The notes under the pieces are model-generated. The model saw only the letters and a list, made by a program, of their open reading frames with translations. It was not told where the DNA came from and searched no databases. The position numbers were made by a program, and so were the translations under genes. A stretch of DNA of 64,000 bases, taken from the NCBI RefSeq assembly GCF_963921235.1, contig NC_086097.1:104906001-104970000 (forward strand), written 5' to 3'. The DNA is from Mobula hypostoma (lineage: Eukaryota). Shown here piece after piece: positions 60,117 to 64,000 of this stretch (position 1 is its first letter; every line of letters begins with the position of its first letter).

Positions 60117-63100
60117 ACCCCACCAGCCTTTGCGTCCAGCACATAATTCTTTGTAACTTCCGCCATCTCCAACAGGATCCCACCACTAAGCACATCATTC
60201 ACTCTGTCTCCCCCCCACCCACTTTCTGCTTTCCTCAGGGATCGCTCCCCATGTGACTCCCTTGTCCATTCATCCCTCCCCACTGATCTCCCTCCTGGCA
60301 CCTATCCTTGCCAGGGAAACAAGTGCTACACTTCCTCCCTCACTACTATTCAGGGCCCCAAAAAGTCCTTCCAGGTGAGGCGACACTTCACCTGTGAGTC
60401 TGGGGTCAGCTACTGTATCCGGTGCTCCCAGTATGGCCTCTTGTATATCGGTGAGACCCAACATAGGTTGGGAGACCGCTTCGCTGAGCACCAGAAAAAG
60501 AAGGATATACCAGTGGCCATTCATTTTAATTCCACTTCCCAATCCCATTCCACCATGTCCATCCATGGCGTCCTCTACTATTGTGATGAGGCCCACACTC
60601 AAGTTGGAGGAAAAACACCTTGTATTCCGTGTGGGTAGCCTCCAACCTGATGGAATCAACATCAATTTCTCCAATTTCCAGTAATGCTCTCCTCCTCCAC
60701 TATTTCCCCATCCCCTTTTTCCTCTCTCACCTTATCTCCTTGTCTGCTCCTCCCCTCCCCTAGTGCTCCTCCCCTGTTTCTTTCTTCCAAGGCCTTCTAT
60801 CCTCTCCTATTGGATTCCCCCTTCTCCAGCCCTGTATCTCTGTCATCAATCAACTTCCCAACTCTATTTCACCACTCCTCTCTCCCAGTTTCACCTATCA
60901 CCTTGTGTTGCTCCTTCCTCCCATCCTTTTACTCTTTATCTTTTAGAAACATAGAAAATAGGTGCAGGAGTAGGCCATTCAGCCCTTCGAGCCTGCACCG
61001 CCATTCAGTATGATCATGGCTGATCATCCAACTCAGAATCCTGTACCAGCCTTCCCTCCATACCCCCTGATCCCCTTAGCCACAAGGGCCATATCTAACT
61101 CCCTCTTAAATATAGCCAATGAACTGGCCTCAACTGTTTTCTGTGGCAGAGAATTCCACAGATTCACCACTCTCTGTGTGAAGAAGTTTCTCCTCATCTG
61201 GGTCATAAAAGGCTTCCCCTTTATCCTCAAACTGTGACCCCTCGTTCTGGACTTCCCCAACATCGGGAACAATCTTCCTGCATCTAGCCTGTCCAATCCC
61301 TTTAGGATTTTATAACGTTTCAATAAGATCCCCCCTCAATCTTCTAAATTCCAACGAGTATAAGCCTAGTTCATCCAGTCTTTCATCATATGAAAGTCCT
61401 GCCATCCCAGGAATCAATCCGGTGAACCTTCTTTGTACTCCCTCTATGGCAAGGATGTCTTTCCTCAGATTAGGGGACCAAAACTGCACACAATACTCCA
61501 GGTGTGGTCTCACCAAGGCCTTGTACAACTGCAGTAGTACCTCCCTGCTCCTGTACTCGAATCCTCTTGCTATAAATGCCAGCATACCATTCACCCTTTT
61601 CACCGCCTGCTGTACCTGCATGCCCACCTTCAATAATTGCTGTATAATGACACCCAGGTCTCTTTGCACCTCCCCTTTTCCTAATCGGCCACCATTCAGA
61701 TAATAATCTGTTTTCCAATTCTTGCCACCAAAGTGGATAACCTCACATTTATCCACATTAAATTGCATCTGCCATGAATTTGCCCACTCACCTAACCTAT
61801 CCAAGTCACCCTGCATCCTCTTAGCATCCTCCTCACAGCTAACACTGCCGCCCAGCTTCGTGTCATTCGCAGACTTGGAGATGCTGAATTTAATTCCCTC
61901 ATCCAAGTCATTAATATATATTGTAAACCACTGGGGTCCCAGCACTGAGCCTTGCGGTACCCCACTAAGTCACTGCCTGCCATTCTGAAAAGGTCCCGTT
62001 TATTCCCACTCTTTGCTTCCTGTCTGCCAAACAATTCTCTATCCACATCAATACCTTACCCCCAATACCGTGTGCTTTAAGTTTGCACACTAATCTTCTG
62101 TGTGGGACCTTGTCAAAAGCCTTTTGAAAATCCAAATATACCACATCCACTGGTTCTCCCCTATCCACTCCGCTAGTTACATCCTCAAAAAATTCTATGA
62201 GATTTGTCAGACATGATTTTCCTTTCACAAATCCATGCTGACTTTGTCCGATGATTTCACCGCTTTCCAAATGTGCTGTTATCACATCTTTGATAACTGA
62301 CTCTAGCAGTTTCCCCACCACCGATGTTAGGCTAACCAGTCTATAATTCCCCAGTTTCTCTCTCCCTTTTTTAAAAAGCGGGGTTACATTAGCCACCCTC
62401 CAATCCTCAGGAACTAGTCCAGAATCTAAAAAGTTTTGAAAAATTATCACTAATGCATCCACTATTTCTTGGGCTACTTCCTTAAGCACTCTGGGACGCA
62501 GACCATCTGGCCCTGGGGATTTATCTGCCTTTAATCCCTTCAATTTACCTAACACCACTTCCCTACTAACATGTATTTCCCTCAGTTCCTCCATCTCACT
62601 GGACCCTCTGTCCCCTACTATTTCCAGAAGATTATTTATGTCCTCCTTAGTGAAGACAGAACCAAAGTAATTATTCAATTGGTCTGCCATGTCCTTGCTC
62701 CCCATAATCAATTCACCTGTTTCTGTCTGTAGGGGACCTACATTTGTCTTAACCAATCTTTTTCTTTTCACATATCTATAAAAGCTTTTACAGTCAGTTT
62801 TTATGCTCCCTGCCAGTTTTCTCTCATAATCTTTTTCCTCCTTCCTAATTAAGCCCTTTGTCCTCCTCTGCTGAACTCTGAATTTCTCCCAGTCCTCAGG
62901 TGAGCCACTTTTTCTGGCTAATTTGTATGCTTCTTTGGAATTGATACTATCCCTAATTTCCCTTGTCAGCCATGGGTGCACTACCTTCCTTGATTTATTC
63001 TTTTGCCAAAGTGGGATGAACAATTGTTGTAGTTCATCCATGCGATCTTTAAATGCTTGCCATTGCATATCCACCGTCAACTCTTGAAGTGTCATTTGCC

Positions 63101-63259
63101 AGTCTATCTTAGCTAAGTCACGTCTCATACCTTCAAAGTTACCCTTCTTTAAGTTCAGAACCTTTGTTTCTGAATTAACTATGTCACTGGCCTGCTGAGT
63201 TCCTCCAGCATTTTGTGTGTGTTACTTGGATTTCCAGCATCTGCAGATTTTCTCTTGTT
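60117..63259 (+). mobile_element. Penelope-like element (GIY-YIG endonuclease and terminal repeat) split by a CR1
   Basis: ORF 60375-60638: FTCES.VSYCIRCSQYGLLYIGETQHRLGDRFAEH...PVAIHFN. The terminal repeat resumes at 63188-63259. TGTAATTC is duplicated at 60109-16 and 63260-67. Confidence 0.85.
60945..63187 (-). mobile_element. Relatively young 5'-truncated CR1 LINE
   Basis: ORFs 61965-63128 (387 aa), 61310-61945 and 61033-61323. Tail TTTCTATGTTTCTA. Confidence 0.92.
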
Positions 63260-64000
63260 TGTAATTCTTTGGAGTTCCGATGGTGGTGTCTGTATCTGGA
63301 GACTTGTTTGTAAGCTGCAGATCTTCAGGCGGAGCTTCAGAAGTGGGAGTTTCCTAGTGGTGTAATTAGCATCACTAGCAGGTCCACCCACTTGAAGTCG
63401 CAGCTGTGGCTGTTGTTTGTTCTGAGCTCTGTACAGTGCACTTCAATTACTGTGTTGTTCTTTTTCTTGTTCAACTTAATGCAGATTTGTTCTTTAGACT
63501 TTTTATTGTTTTGTGTTTCTTTTGATTAGAAAAAATCTGTACTCACCCCATTAACTTTCACTCACTCATACATTCGTTCAAACTGACCACATGGTTATAT
63601 CTAAATCAGTAGCAGCCATTTTCTGGACCTAATGCATGCCTTCTTATTCTTAATAAACTTAACACTTGGTATTTTTCATCCGGTCTTCATTGATTTTTAT
63701 TAACTGGACCAGATTTACCAGATTTTTATTCTAGTACAAGCTCTTAGTAGGTTTCACAACTTTAGCCATTATTTTGATTTGATCTTAATTTATACATAGT
63801 TTTTATGACTTTGACTGCAATCTCAAAATATTAATAGATTGATCCAGGTACCAAATAGATCATGCAACCAATATGTTTACAGATTTAAAAAAATAAGCAA
63901 TGGGGCAGTTCTCAATCCTGATTTCCATCCAGTATTCAAAGACATGTCCCTTTTTTCTCTCAGCCAACAGAGGAACAGAAGTTGACTTGCCCCTTTTGCG

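Overview
Vertebrate genomic DNA. The repeat landscape (dominant CR1 LINEs, V-SINEs, Penelope-like repeats) suggests a cartilaginous fish; this is an inference. The only host gene I can identify is the 3' part of RTF1 (Paf1 complex subunit) on the + strand: six coding exons at 15239-15360, 21260-21317, 25714-25791, 35166-35264, 46659-46779 and 49696-49802. They have GT-AG boundaries and compatible phases, join to 194 aa ending ...[16 protein letters not shown], and are followed by a ~1.4 kb 3' UTR. Most of the rest is nested transposable elements: many CR1 LINEs (one near full length with an esterase-type ORF1), an L1 split by a full-length Rex1/Babar-type LINE, a two-LTR Gypsy element with a PNMA-like Gag, Tigger/pogo, Tc1 and hAT-type DNA elements, V-SINEs, and Penelope-like (GIY-YIG) elements. 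The most notable observations are: (i) a decayed endogenous retrovirus pol (RT, RNase H, integrase) at ~57975-59870 on the - strand, largely missed by the ORF track; (ii) very short Penelope-derived insertions, some with target-site duplications, carrying degenerate minimal hammerhead-ribozyme motifs; (iii) two pairs of closely related, oppositely oriented CR1 copies bracketing RTF1 exons; (iv) a diverged ~125-bp duplicated unit just upstream of an RTF1 exon; (v) a 108-bp apparently locally templated insertion inside a Tc1 inverted repeat. All calls were made by eye without database searches, and TE boundaries are approximate unless a TSD or TIR is quoted.
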